Source: a virus
Reading direction: 5' to 3' (one strand)
DNA length: 64,000 nt
IMG/VR virus record: IMGVR_UViG_3300032194_000381
Coordinates: 3,677-67,676 of that record
How positions within the stretch are numbered: position 1 is the first letter of the stretch; every line of letters starts with the position of its first letter. Shown here piece after piece: positions 1 to 9,667 of the stretch. The position numbers and the translations under genes were made by a program. Under the pieces are notes generated by a model. It did not search any database, was not told the origin of the DNA, and worked only from the letters and a program-made list of their open reading frames with translations.

Positions 1-1
1 C

Positions 2-547
2 ATGCCTAGATCGAAACACGGCCCCTTCGAGCTTCGACCAGGTGCAGACAAGTACTACACCAGGCAAGACGTACTCGAGAAGGTCAACTTCTCCCGCCAC
101 ACACTCACCCGGCGGATCAAGAACAAGTCGATGCCAGCTCCAGTCGAATCAAATGAACTGGATTACGCCTACCTGTTGTGGCTTCGTAAGGAGTTCGATG
201 AATGGCTCGAGCAGCATCCTGAGTTCGATAAGGAGAAGAAGACAGGCCGCACCCGATGTGATGTCCGACTTCACTTCAAGAGCAGTGAGATCCAACTTGT
301 AAGGCTCGCCTCACAGTGTGCTCACCAGCTCGAAGCTGACACCGAAGACTTCATGAAGAAGGCTGTTATCCACTACGCGCAACAAGTCCTAAGACTCACC
401 TATGACGACCTCATCACTCAAGAACAACGCAAGGACCCGGAGCTCAGCTTCTACGACACACAGGTCCTCCTCCGCAAAGTCCGGGCGTACCACGAAAAGA
501 TCAACCGTGTCGAAGCAGCAAAGCAAAAGGAACGAGCGTTCCACTGA
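2..547 (+). CDS. AlpA/excisionase-like HTH DNA-binding protein with C-terminal extension
   Basis: N-terminal RQDVLEKVNFSRHTLTRRIKNKSMPAPV...WLRKEFDEWL matches the AlpA/Xis wHTH pattern. Confidence 0.6.
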   Translation: MPRSKHGPFELRPGADKYYTRQDVLEKVNFSRHTLTRRIKNKSMPAPVESNELDYAYLLWLRKEFDEWLEQHPEFDKEKKTGRTRCDVRLHFKSSEIQLVRLASQCAHQLEADTEDFMKKAVIHYAQQVLRLTYDDLITQEQRKDPELSFYDTQVLLRKVRAYHEKINRVEAAKQKERAFH

Positions 548-1475
548 GAACCTGCAACGTGGCGACGAGGAGCTGACGCAGCACCTGATCAACCTGCTGC
601 ACCAGAACATCAACCCATGGCACAGGGACTGGACAACGTTCTTCGGCAAGGGTCCGCACCGCAACCTTGACTCCGGTCATGAGTACAGCGGCAGCAACCC
701 GGCCATCCTCGAGCTCTGGACTGCACTGCGCTGCTACAGCCACCCGCTGTGGATCGGCGTAGGCCAGGCCAAGAAGAACAACTGGCTCCCACGCAAAGGC
801 TCGAAGGGCTGCGCGATCATGCTGCCCGTACAGATCACCTATCCCAAGCGTGATCAGGACGGCAACGAACTGAAGGACTCTGATGGCAACCCGATCATGG
901 GAAGCTTCGGCACCTTCAAGTACAGCAAGATCTTCAACGTCCAGGACATCAAAGGCATCACTGAAGAAGCAGAGGCCAAGCTCCAGGAGAAGATCCGCCA
1001 GGAGTGTGAGTCCTTCACTCCACTTGAACCCACAGCACGCCTTGAAGGAGCTGAGCGGGTGCTGGGCGCATGGTCCGTACCGACGACATGGTCAGGTAAC
1101 AAGGCCTTTTACAGCCCCAGCGAAGACCGGATCACGATGCCTCCTGTTGATCAGTTCAACACCAGCGAAGGCATGTATGCGACCTGGGCGCACGAACAAG
1201 TGCATTCAACTGGTCACAAGTCTCGCCTCGATCGTGAGATGGGCGGTGGGTTTGATTCCATCACCTACGCCAGGGAAGAACTTGTTGCTGAACTGGGTGC
1301 CTATTTAATTTGCAACAGGTTACAGATTCGCAGCGACGTGATCAATCATGCTGCGTATCTGAAACACTGGATTGAGGTACTGAAGGAGAGCCCTGATGCA
1401 CTCCGGAAGTGCTTGTCCGACGCCAGCAGAGCAGCCAATCTGATCTGCAACTTAGAGGAGGAGCAACCTATGTAA
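402..1475 (+). CDS. ardC: ArdC-like anti-restriction / ssDNA-binding protein with zincin domain
   Basis: NPWHRDW...HEYSGSN N-domain, AFYSPSEDRITMP, HEQVHSTGH, YAREELVAELGA, HAAYLKHW; start may be ATG402 or GTG507. Confidence 0.85.
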   Translation: MTTSSLKNNARTRSSASTTHRSSSAKSGRTTKRSTVSKQQSKRNERSTENLQRGDEELTQHLINLLHQNINPWHRDWTTFFGKGPHRNLDSGHEYSGSNPAILELWTALRCYSHPLWIGVGQAKKNNWLPRKGSKGCAIMLPVQITYPKRDQDGNELKDSDGNPIMGSFGTFKYSKIFNVQDIKGITEEAEAKLQEKIRQECESFTPLEPTARLEGAERVLGAWSVPTTWSGNKAFYSPSEDRITMPPVDQFNTSEGMYATWAHEQVHSTGHKSRLDREMGGGFDSITYAREELVAELGAYLICNRLQIRSDVINHAAYLKHWIEVLKESPDALRKCLSDASRAANLICNLEEEQPM

Positions 1476-1526
1476 TTGACAAAGGCGCACCTCCACTACC
1501 AAAGCCCATATCTATTCATTCCAAAC

Positions 1527-1979
1527 ATGATTGTCTCTACCAAGCAAAGCACCAACACCAACCTCCCTCCCACAGGAGTACAGACAACAGTCACAAAACC
1601 AAAGCGTGGCCCAGGCCGTCCCCGCAAGAACCCAGCACCTCAGGCTGCACCTGTAGCTGATCCTGTGATGAAGATGGTCGAGGACTATCGCGACATCCAA
1701 AACAAGATCAAGGCCCTGAATGAAGAGCTCGGCCCCCTGAAGGATGCACTGACCCGGCACCTGATCGCTGGAGAAGAAGACAAGATCGAACTGGCCGATG
1801 GCAGCTACGTCATCAGCAAGGTCATGACGGCCCAGTGGACTTACTCCGAGAAGCTGGAGGCCAAGCGCATCAAGCTCGAGGAGCAGAAACTCGACCTGAA
1901 GACAGCAGAGAAGAAGGAACAACTCAACGGCAGCGCCACAGCCACCTTCACAGCACACGTTCGCGGGAGGGCCAAGTGA
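1527..1979 (+). CDS. AT-hook + coiled-coil protein
   Basis: KRGPGRPRK AT-hook followed by helical heptads; ATG1527 preferred over TTG1476. Confidence 0.6.
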   Translation: MIVSTKQSTNTNLPPTGVQTTVTKPKRGPGRPRKNPAPQAAPVADPVMKMVEDYRDIQNKIKALNEELGPLKDALTRHLIAGEEDKIELADGSYVISKVMTAQWTYSEKLEAKRIKLEEQKLDLKTAEKKEQLNGSATATFTAHVRGRAK

Positions 1980-2470
1980 CACGTTCAACTAATGAACAAC
2001 TCGAGGCACGCGTGGAGGAGGCGGCAAACCTTCTCTCGGAGGGCTGGCCGGGCCGACGCATCGTCAAGGAACTGGCGGACAAGTACGACGTATCGCCGCA
2101 GGCGGCACGCACCTATGTCCGTCGCGGCCGTGAGCTACTGGTTGAAGCAGTGGCTCCACAGGATCGTGCATTCATGTTTGCCCAGGTCCTGGCGGGGCTC
2201 CAGCAAGATCGTCTGGATGCAAAGGAGGCTGGCAACATCTCTGCTCAAGTCGGCGCCTCCAAGGCGATGGTGAATCACCTGAAGCAGATCGCACACATCG
2301 ATCCGATGCGTGACTGGGAGCAAGCCTTTGTTGAAGCTGCGGCTTCTGCATCTACCGGCAAGATCCCGAAGATCCGTGTAAATAAACAGGGACAAGAGCT
2401 TGCGATGCAGCAAGCAATGGACAACCTAGGCAAACGCACCGATCAATTTATCGAGGGCTTCCATGACTAA
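1976..2470 (+). CDS. HTH protein (terminase-small-subunit-like N-terminus)
   Basis: GTGA overlap with upstream stop; RRIVKELADKYDVSPQAARTYVRR HTH. Confidence 0.5.
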   Translation: MTRSTNEQLEARVEEAANLLSEGWPGRRIVKELADKYDVSPQAARTYVRRGRELLVEAVAPQDRAFMFAQVLAGLQQDRLDAKEAGNISAQVGASKAMVNHLKQIAHIDPMRDWEQAFVEAAASASTGKIPKIRVNKQGQELAMQQAMDNLGKRTDQFIEGFHD

Positions 2471-2849
2471 AGAAAACTGGGAAGAGTTTCTTGCTGAAGA
2501 TGTTGATCACAAGAAACTCAAAGATCAAAGGGATGAAGCTGAAGTCTTCATCAAAACTCACGAACAAACCATTAGAGATATCGAGTGGAAACTCATCACA
2601 ATCAATGAGGTCAGCACCTTTCTCCAATCAAAGCTCTTCGACATGGAGCACGAAACGGTTTCAGATGAATGTGCGTACGAACGTCTTCAAGGCTTTATTC
2701 AAGAGCTCGAGGACAGTCGTTATGCACTATTCGATGAAGCTGGTGCAGCGGCCCGCTACAGGAACGACATGAAGAATCAGTACGACAGACTCAACGACCA
2801 GTGCGGTGATCGTTGGAAGATCGTACGCCAACTGTTCGACGGCGCATGA
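2463..2849 (+). CDS. hypothetical coiled-coil protein
   Basis: 128-aa ORF coupled to neighbours. Confidence 0.6.
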   Translation: MTKENWEEFLAEDVDHKKLKDQRDEAEVFIKTHEQTIRDIEWKLITINEVSTFLQSKLFDMEHETVSDECAYERLQGFIQELEDSRYALFDEAGAAARYRNDMKNQYDRLNDQCGDRWKIVRQLFDGA

Positions 2850-3096
2850 CCCATGGGGCGGAGCCGGATCACTCTTCTCCGACTATCACGCTGCCGGGAC
2901 ATGCTGTCCACTACTCGGACCATGTGGTGGGTCACGTTGAAGCGGTAACTTCAACTGCAGCCTCTATCCCGAGATCCCCAGGTTCCCATCGAGGAGTGCA
3001 GGTGGCTCCAGGGTTCGAATGTACCCACAATGGACCTGCATTAAGCGTGTGCTCGTAAGTCCCCCCACCCTTTACAAATCAAATCCCCTCAAGCTC

Positions 3097-3414
3097 ATGC
3101 CTCTCATCCCAAGATCAGCCAACAAACTCCTGAAACTGAATCGAAACTTCGCTGTTGGTGATCGTGTCTGCCAGCGGCCACGGGCAGGAACAATCGCAAC
3201 ACCAGGCTCACCAGCTCCGATGGCATCTCGACGCGGTGTCGTTGTAGAAAGCGTAGAGATCAAGGTCCGGAACAAGAAAGCCATCGCAGGGTATTCAGTC
3301 CGCCAGGCCAGCATGGTGCAATGGGACGGCAGCTCAGCAGCAGAACGAGTCGAGCACAACCGGCTGATCCACGAATCGGAATTCGAGCTCGTGCTGGAGA
3401 ACCTCAATGACTGA
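3097..3414 (+). CDS. small SH3/KOW-like beta-barrel protein, paralog 1
   Basis: FAVGDRVCQRP...VQWDG...RLIHESE. Confidence 0.55.
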   Translation: MPLIPRSANKLLKLNRNFAVGDRVCQRPRAGTIATPGSPAPMASRRGVVVESVEIKVRNKKAIAGYSVRQASMVQWDGSSAAERVEHNRLIHESEFELVLENLND

Positions 3415-3712
3415 GAAGAAGGTCGACTACAAATTCAATGTGGGTGACCGCGTTGCTGAACGACCCACCAGAACCTTTCGACTAACCAGCAACGCAGTGC
3501 TCAATGGAGCCAAGACCAAAAGCGGAACGATCGTAGATAAGCAAGTACGCAAACAACGCTACAGAAACTCACCGAAAGGTTATTCAATGCGTCCTTACGT
3601 AAAGGTTATGTGGGACATCAGATCGGTTGCCGAATGGGTGATCGAATCTAGAGTGATACCCGAGTCTGAACTCCAGGAGCAGATCGACATGTTGTACCAC
3701 GAGATTGGCTGA
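3407..3712 (+). CDS. small SH3/KOW-like beta-barrel protein, paralog 2
   Basis: FNVGDRVAERP...VMWDI...RVIPESE. Confidence 0.6.
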   Translation: MTEKKVDYKFNVGDRVAERPTRTFRLTSNAVLNGAKTKSGTIVDKQVRKQRYRNSPKGYSMRPYVKVMWDIRSVAEWVIESRVIPESELQEQIDMLYHEIG

Positions 3713-4353
3713 TGAAACTGATTGACGCTAGCCGTCTCCTCTGGGTCACACCAGAAGCTGAACGCCTGATTGTCAAGACTGCAAGAGTCAGTGCTCCGCA
3801 GAACGAGGACAACCTAGCGACAGGGCCGCGTCTCCTGAAGTATCTGATCCGTCACAAGCACTGGTCACCATTTGAAATGGCAAACATGTGCTTAGAGATC
3901 CACACTCAACGCGATATCTCAGCCCAGATCATCCGTCACAGAAGCTTCTCGTTCCAGGAATTCTCTCAACGATATGCTGAAGCTGAGAAAGCAAAGGTCC
4001 CACAGTTCCGACGCCAAGACTCACGCAACCGTCAGAACTCGATCGATGATCTGACTGATGAGCAACTCGATCTCCTTGAAGAGCTGACCTATAAGCACTT
4101 CAAGGAAGGGTATGAGCTGTACCAAACGATGCTCGAGATGGGTGTCGCTAAGGAAACAGCACGCCGCATTCTCCCGATGTGCAGCCCAACGAGGATCTAC
4201 ATGAACGGAAACCTGCGCTCATGGATTCATTACATCGAGCTCAGGACCCACAAAGGCACGCAGTGGGAGCATCGCACCATCGCCAACCAGGCGAAGATCA
4301 TCTTCGAACAACAATTCCCTGTCATTTCTGAGGCCCTTTGGTATGAAACCTGA
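3712..4353 (+). CDS. thyX: FAD-dependent thymidylate synthase
   Basis: HWSPFE, RHRSFSFQEFSQRY signature, KETARRILP, NLRSWIHY, TQWEHR. Confidence 0.95.
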   Translation: MKLIDASRLLWVTPEAERLIVKTARVSAPQNEDNLATGPRLLKYLIRHKHWSPFEMANMCLEIHTQRDISAQIIRHRSFSFQEFSQRYAEAEKAKVPQFRRQDSRNRQNSIDDLTDEQLDLLEELTYKHFKEGYELYQTMLEMGVAKETARRILPMCSPTRIYMNGNLRSWIHYIELRTHKGTQWEHRTIANQAKIIFEQQFPVISEALWYET

Positions 4354-4747
4354 ATACTTGCGTGACCTGGTCCCTTGTGAAAAGTGCGGACGCAGCGCAA
4401 AAGTCATCGACAGCAGAAGGGTCGACATGTCTCAATCGAGGCGCAGGCGAATCGAATGCCAAAGCTGCGGTCATAGATCAACTCGATATGAAGTATCAGC
4501 TGCCTTCTACAATCAAGCAATACAAAATGAACGTGTGCTCCACCAGTTGAAACTATATATAGATCAGAAGTCTGGAGTTATAAACAAACACGTCAAAGAC
4601 TGCAACACCTGTGAATACAATGATGGGAAACAGTGCAACTTTGAAGTGCCCGAGTACGACACGGAAGAGGCCACCAATTGCACGTACTATCAGATTAGAA
4701 AGTGGAGAACATCCCCTGGGAAACAAAGTTCATCGGCTTCAGCATAG
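4343..4747 (+). CDS. NrdR-type N-terminal zinc-ribbon protein
   Basis: CEKC...KVIDSR...RRRRIECQSCGHRSTRYE matches the NrdR Zn ribbon; no ATP cone, second Cys cluster at C-terminus. Confidence 0.7.
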   Translation: MKPEYLRDLVPCEKCGRSAKVIDSRRVDMSQSRRRRIECQSCGHRSTRYEVSAAFYNQAIQNERVLHQLKLYIDQKSGVINKHVKDCNTCEYNDGKQCNFEVPEYDTEEATNCTYYQIRKWRTSPGKQSSSASA

Positions 4748-4809
4748 TTCTACTGCTAGTTGTTATCTGCTGGTTCATCTACTACATCATTAAGAACGAC
4801 GGAATTTAA
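4702..4809 (+). CDS. small single-TM protein
   Basis: GTG-start 35 aa with FIGFSIVLLLVVICWFIYYII. Confidence 0.4.
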   Translation: MENIPWETKFIGFSIVLLLVVICWFIYYIIKNDGI

Positions 4810-4814
4810 CCAAA

Positions 4815-4995
4815 CCCTGACATTCGTGCTAACTTAGATTATCTTTCGATCTGATCCATCGATAGATACCATGTAACCCTTATGGATTCGTGGTTCGTTA
4901 CCCTGTCAATGGAAGCAGGTTAGGGAGTGTCAGCGCGTGAGCGGCTCCCATTCCAAAAATACTTTCGCTTAAGGCGATTTACTTTCGTTTTTGGC
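4815..4995 (+). ncRNA. candidate structured RNA (multibranch)
   Basis: nested stems CTGACATTC/GAGTGTCAG and CTAACTT/AGGTTAG enclosing two hairpins; CGC-GTGA-GCG GNRA hairpin; CCAAAAA/TTTTTGG stem. Confidence 0.45.
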
Positions 4996-5431
4996 CCCCC
5001 CTATGGATAAGGAGAAGCTGAGAGAAGAGATCCTTGAAAGTATCTACGAAGACTATGCCGATCGCGAAGTGTTGCCCCACTACGGCATGATCCCTGATTG
5101 GTATCTAAGGTATAAAGACCTAAGCAAACTCGTCATCGAGTACCTGAACACACCGTGATCAACTCAGTCCTCTCCATCTTCTTCGCTGCGATCATGTGGA
5201 CCCAGGTCCCACAGTGGAACGACGACTGGTCAAGGTGTGCTGTCGATGTACCCGATGTCGATTGCCACTGGTACATCGTCGACCCTGACAATACTTTCGG
5301 TGTGGGGTATGACAAAGAGTCTGCGCCACTGTTTAGTGTCGAGGGTCTTTATGACATCAGTAAGTTGAAAAATACTATGGAGAAACTACAAGACAACGTT
5401 GTCTAAAATGGATAGATTGAGAATGTGACAA

Positions 5432-6364
5432 ATGCCAATAGGTAATTACTTCACTGCTAGACCTTTCGATGATCCAAGTGCGAGAACACTCGAGGGTGAT
5501 ATTGCAAATGTTATTGATGCAGGTGCCGGACTAGCAGCAAAGGCACGTCCATTCTTGAAGAATTTTGTTCAGAATCTTAGCGGCGAACAGCAAGAAAAAC
5601 TTGGCTCTGCAATGAACGTATTGCCTACCTCGGTCAATCTATTGGGCCGCTACTATACAGGCCTGGGCGCAAAAAATTTAGACTTCAAAGATGAGTACAA
5701 GCAGGACTTAGGTGACAAGGTTAAAGAGGCACATAGAATGTCTGCCTTCGATCAATTCAAGTTAAGGGAAGCAGAAAAAGATGCAATGATAGGAATCAAA
5801 AGTGCTGAAGAAAATCTCAAATTAATTGAACAAGGTGAGTCGCCAACAATGTTTGGTCGCCCCTTGACAGCACAAGATGCGCGTATGCAAAGAACCGCCG
5901 CTAATAATGCATTGGCTCAAATACGCTCCGACCTGAGAAGAATGGAGCAGGGAGACATCGTGTTCCGAAGTGAAGCTGGAACTGATAAAAGTAACCCGCT
6001 TACGTCAACGGGAACATCATTAGGAAGTGCCTACTTCAAACCAAATCCTGACGGCAGCTACACAACTACGGACAAATATGATTTCGCATATGCGGATTCA
6101 GACCGTAAGGCTGGAACGCCTATCAAAGCGCCAAGAACAGCTGAAGCAGAATACCGCTACCCTGATCGTCCTTCTTTAGGCTATGCAAGAGAAGCAGCCG
6201 AGGCATTCTTAGGAAGACAACCAGAAATGTTTGGCATGCTTGGTCAAAAATACTCGATGAAAGACATCGCAGGAGCTGCTCCAGCAACAAACATCGGTAG
6301 GTCTCTCGTCAGCAGGTTTGAAGACGTCCCGTTTGAGTACAGCCTGACGGTCCGTCCAAAATAA
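5432..6364 (+). CDS. hypothetical protein, possibly virion-internal
   Basis: 310-aa ORF with own TAAAAT at 5404; carries PFLKNFV motif. Confidence 0.65.
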   Translation: MPIGNYFTARPFDDPSARTLEGDIANVIDAGAGLAAKARPFLKNFVQNLSGEQQEKLGSAMNVLPTSVNLLGRYYTGLGAKNLDFKDEYKQDLGDKVKEAHRMSAFDQFKLREAEKDAMIGIKSAEENLKLIEQGESPTMFGRPLTAQDARMQRTAANNALAQIRSDLRRMEQGDIVFRSEAGTDKSNPLTSTGTSLGSAYFKPNPDGSYTTTDKYDFAYADSDRKAGTPIKAPRTAEAEYRYPDRPSLGYAREAAEAFLGRQPEMFGMLGQKYSMKDIAGAAPATNIGRSLVSRFEDVPFEYSLTVRPK

Positions 6365-6368
6365 TTAC

Positions 6369-6596
6369 TCAGTCCTCAGGCCAGCCATCGCCACGGTAGT
6401 AAAAGAACTTGGCTTTTTCGCTCTCCTTCTCTGCGATCTCAGCTCCAGCCAACTTGGAGAGGCTCTCCATCACCTTGAGAGTCTCATCAACTGTGGCACC
6501 CTCTGGAAGGCGGCTGTGAACCTCATTGAACAAGGGAAACCACTTGTCTGACAGTTCCTTTAGCTCTTCCAGGGTGATGGGCTTGCCACGTTTCAT
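6369..6596 (-). CDS. hypothetical protein
   Basis: 75-aa ORF translationally coupled to 6596-6733. Confidence 0.55.
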   Translation of the reverse strand: MKRGKPITLEELKELSDKWFPLFNEVHSRLPEGATVDETLKVMESLSKLAGAEIAEKESEKAKFFYYRGDGWPED

Positions 6597-6733
6597 CAGC
6601 TGCAGTCAACTGTCTTGCAAGCCATGATACGGCCTTCCTTGGCATCCTGCATCACAGCCATCTGGTACTTGTTCTTCTCACGGATCTGACGCTTCTTTTT
6701 TGCTGTTGCATATTGGAGAAAAGCGAGGTTCAT
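6596..6733 (-). CDS. small basic protein
   Basis: 45 aa MNLAFLQYATAKKKRQIREKNKYQMAV...; TATGAT -10 at 6760-6765. Confidence 0.5.
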   Translation of the reverse strand: MNLAFLQYATAKKKRQIREKNKYQMAVMQDAKEGRIMACKTVDCS

Positions 6734-6741
6734 TTTATTTA

Positions 6742-6755
6742 GTAGCGGTTGTTAC
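6742..6755. promoter_or_regulatory. putative NtcA binding site
   Basis: GTAGCGGTTGTTAC = GTA-N8-TAC, between the -10 and the ATG of the 6596-6733 ORF. Confidence 0.4.
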
Positions 6756-6812
6756 AACAATCATAGCGTTGGGATGTGCATAGGAGAATAGATATATAAG
6801 AAATAACTTTCG

Positions 6813-7121
6813 ATGAAGTACAACATCTGGAATGCCATCGCCTATGAGGTGACGGTGATGCTGATCAACTTCGATGCACGTTGGATGAACAACAAGATAG
6901 TGAACATGATCCGCTCATACAGCTTCATGGACTGGTGCGAGTGGAAGACTGAGAACACCATGGAGGAAGTCGATGCACAGATCGAGGCACTGCACGCCCT
7001 TTGGGACAGGGAAGACGACGATTGGAGGCAGGTGATTGTCGAAACTGATGACGAAACAGGCACAGAGTTTGGCTACACCATTGACTTCACTGGTTGGGAT
7101 GAAGAAACTAAGGATGAATAA
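6813..7121 (+). CDS. hypothetical acidic protein
   Basis: 102-aa ORF. Confidence 0.55.
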   Translation: MKYNIWNAIAYEVTVMLINFDARWMNNKIVNMIRSYSFMDWCEWKTENTMEEVDAQIEALHALWDREDDDWRQVIVETDDETGTEFGYTIDFTGWDEETKDE

Positions 7122-7133
7122 ATTAAACTATGG

Positions 7134-7406
7134 GTGATGAACCTGCACTCATTCGCAATTAAAGCGATGAAACAAGACATGGCTGTTGAGAAACGCTATC
7201 AATCTATTGTCGAAACCCTCGAGACGGCATACAGATGTCTCGAAGATTTGATGGATGATCCGATCTTCCTTGACACGATCCATGGAGAGCAGGAGCTTGC
7301 CCTCGATCAGGCGCTCGAGATGATCGACAACATCAAGTACAACTTCGAGCCCGAGTTCATGGGTTTTAACACTGCCGACAGATTCGGCGACGCTGATGTA
7401 TCCTGA
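7134..7406 (+). CDS. hypothetical protein
   Basis: 90-aa ORF in + strand run. Confidence 0.55.
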   Translation: MMNLHSFAIKAMKQDMAVEKRYQSIVETLETAYRCLEDLMDDPIFLDTIHGEQELALDQALEMIDNIKYNFEPEFMGFNTADRFGDADVS

Positions 7407-8246
7407 TAGGGTCCTCTGAATTGGTGAGATGGCTCTCTTCACACCACTCGAGCAACTCCGTGACATGCAGCAATGGGCTGCAGCTCAAACCCTGATCAGC
7501 GATCCTTACCAGGAAAACCCAGGCCGCACGCTAGCCGGCAGCGTGGCCGCCAGCATCCTTCTTGGTTCCGTCGCAAGCGCTATTGACGACGACGAAGATG
7601 AGCTGATCTTCGAAGATGACTGGCTCTGATTTTTAAGACTGTCTTCAGTACAGTCGTCTGTCACCATTGTTACCTTGAGGAGCCCAAACTCCAGTGGTAG
7701 CAATGGTTTTTTTAATGGAAAGGTCTTTGCACTATGTAAGAGTATGCCCCTCATAATGAAATACGCGAACAAGATATCTGCCATGAAAGCAGTTGATGAA
7801 TCGACGCAGAGCGTCCACCTAGCATGGGCTGTCCTCAGCCAGAACAAGACCACAGGTCGCAGCGATGTGATCAAGATCACCGGCCATGAAGAGGCCGATG
7901 CCTTCGTCCAGAACAACCCTGATCTGTACTACAAGTCCGGTCCGTTCGTGGTTTAACACTTAAGACTGTTTACCGGATTGAGTAAACCTAGATTGCTAAG
8001 TTACAGGTGCTCGAGAGACCTGATGAATTCCTCTGCAATCTCATCCTGGGTGGTGCTGGTGTACCACGTGGACCAAGACGCACACGCAGCGCACTTCCCT
8101 AGCTTCGATAAAGCTGAAGACTTCGCTAATGATGTACGCGTCGCCAGCAATCTTTGCGTCAGTGAACCGCTGCCGATCACGGCTACGAATGATCTTAGGC
8201 TAGCGATCTAAGCGCAACTTTAATATCAAGAAGAGCATGCTATCTT

Positions 8247-8522
8247 ATGGATAGCATGTTTTTTTATGTCGTGGCAGTAGTTCTAAGCGTTTCAGTTCCC
8301 GAGGCTCTGCACACAAAATGGAAAGAGTCGGAGCTCAGCATCAGTCCTTCTGCTCTTTTCCAAACTGCTCTTGAGACTGAGCTCGATAAGACTAATCGTC
8401 ACTTGGTGTACTGGAGCAGCCGTGCATTGAATGCAGAAAAGAAACTCAAGATGATCGCTAATTTAATTGAAGCCAAGGACAAAGATGTGAAAAAATTCTT
8501 ACTCTTTGAAAGCGATTCCTGA
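8247..8522 (+). CDS. ribbon-helix-helix-like protein
   Basis: VLSVSVPEALHTKWK...ISPSALFQTALE resembles RHH (CcdA/CopG-type). Confidence 0.45.
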   Translation: MDSMFFYVVAVVLSVSVPEALHTKWKESELSISPSALFQTALETELDKTNRHLVYWSSRALNAEKKLKMIANLIEAKDKDVKKFLLFESDS

Positions 8523-8918
8523 CTTTGAGGATAAGAGCTTAGAATTAAAAATAATCTGGATTTAAGCAATGCCTGAGGCTGACACAATCCAACGGTACTT
8601 TCCGCTGATTAAGAGCAACGCTGAGAAGCTCATGCTTGCATCGACACTCGATGCACTGAGAGACAAAGGTTATCTACCCCAAGGAACGACACAAGCTGCA
8701 TTTATCAGTCTATGCTTCTCCAGAGGACTGAATGATTACCTCAAGGAGCTGGCTGTAGATGAGTGAACTTTTGACCCACTTCACAACACAAGAACTGGAG
8801 ATGATCTTCCACGTCTCCGAAGCTAAACAGTTGCAGCTGGGATTGAATAACTGTTATGGCAAAGACTACGATCGACTAGGATCAATTATGAAGAAGATCC
8901 AAGTTCACATTAAATTAA

Positions 8919-9353
8919 ATGATGGATGATAATCCGAAGCTAACTATTCTCCTGGGTAAAACTGTCAGCGCTGTCGGTGAGTCTTGCCCCACAGCTACGA
9001 CTGACATCAAAGAGAATATCAAGAACCGGGACTGGACTATCAAAAACTTTGGGTACGGTCCACTCAACCCGGACGCACCCGACCCTGGTTTCTGGGAGAA
9101 GAAAGCGGAGCTCTGGAAAAGCGACGTCGACACAGTTAAAACTGCTCGCTGTGGCAACTGTGCAGCATTCGATCAGACGTCAAAGATCCTCGATTGCATG
9201 ATCGAGGGCATCAATGAAACCAAGGCAGCTGATCCCTACGATGTTCAGGACCTGGCTAACCTTGGCTACTGCCAGCTCTTCAAGTTCAAATGTGCAGCAG
9301 CACGGACCTGCGATGCATGGTTGCACGGCGGCCCGATCACTGACTGCGACTAA
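8919..9353 (+). CDS. Cys-rich phage protein (HiPIP-like CxxC...C...C pattern)
   Basis: RCGNCAAF...GYCQLFKFKCAAARTCDAW. Confidence 0.6.
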   Translation: MMDDNPKLTILLGKTVSAVGESCPTATTDIKENIKNRDWTIKNFGYGPLNPDAPDPGFWEKKAELWKSDVDTVKTARCGNCAAFDQTSKILDCMIEGINETKAADPYDVQDLANLGYCQLFKFKCAAARTCDAWLHGGPITDCD

Positions 9354-9667
9354 TCACGTTGGCGCCAGTCTGCAGGCTTATCGTCCCGGAACCAATCAAC
9401 AATTTGCTCAGGACTATCAAAGCCGGTGCTGTGACGCTGGGGATCGGGATCGCCAAGATCCATTTGATTCAGGAAATGATCAAGAGATCCTTCTTGCATA
9501 TCAGGATTGTTGGCGATGCGACGAGCCTTGCGTAACATCTCTCCAGCGGACCGATTAGCTTTAGCCAACTTGTCGGCCCAGATCATGTCGTCAAGTTGAA
9601 CTTCTTCTCGGTCTGCGATTCGCTTGCAAATAAACTCGAGACGCAAGCGATATTTCGAAGAGAGCAT
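9350..9667 (-). CDS. conserved cyanophage hypothetical protein
   Basis: MLSSKYRLRLEFICKRI...DWRQRD pattern recalled from cyanophages. Confidence 0.65.
   Translation of the reverse strand: MLSSKYRLRLEFICKRIADREEVQLDDMIWADKLAKANRSAGEMLRKARRIANNPDMQEGSLDHFLNQMDLGDPDPQRHSTGFDSPEQIVDWFRDDKPADWRQRD

Noticed and set aside
4815-4995. tmRNA, SRP, RNase P or 6S identity
   Set aside because: No T-arm/acceptor ends, SRP helix-8 motif or RNase P P4 consensus recognisable; left as unknown RNA
7633-7969. TTAAGACTGT repeated just after two stop codons (7633, 7960)
   Set aside because: Only 10 bp and two copies; too weak without comparative data
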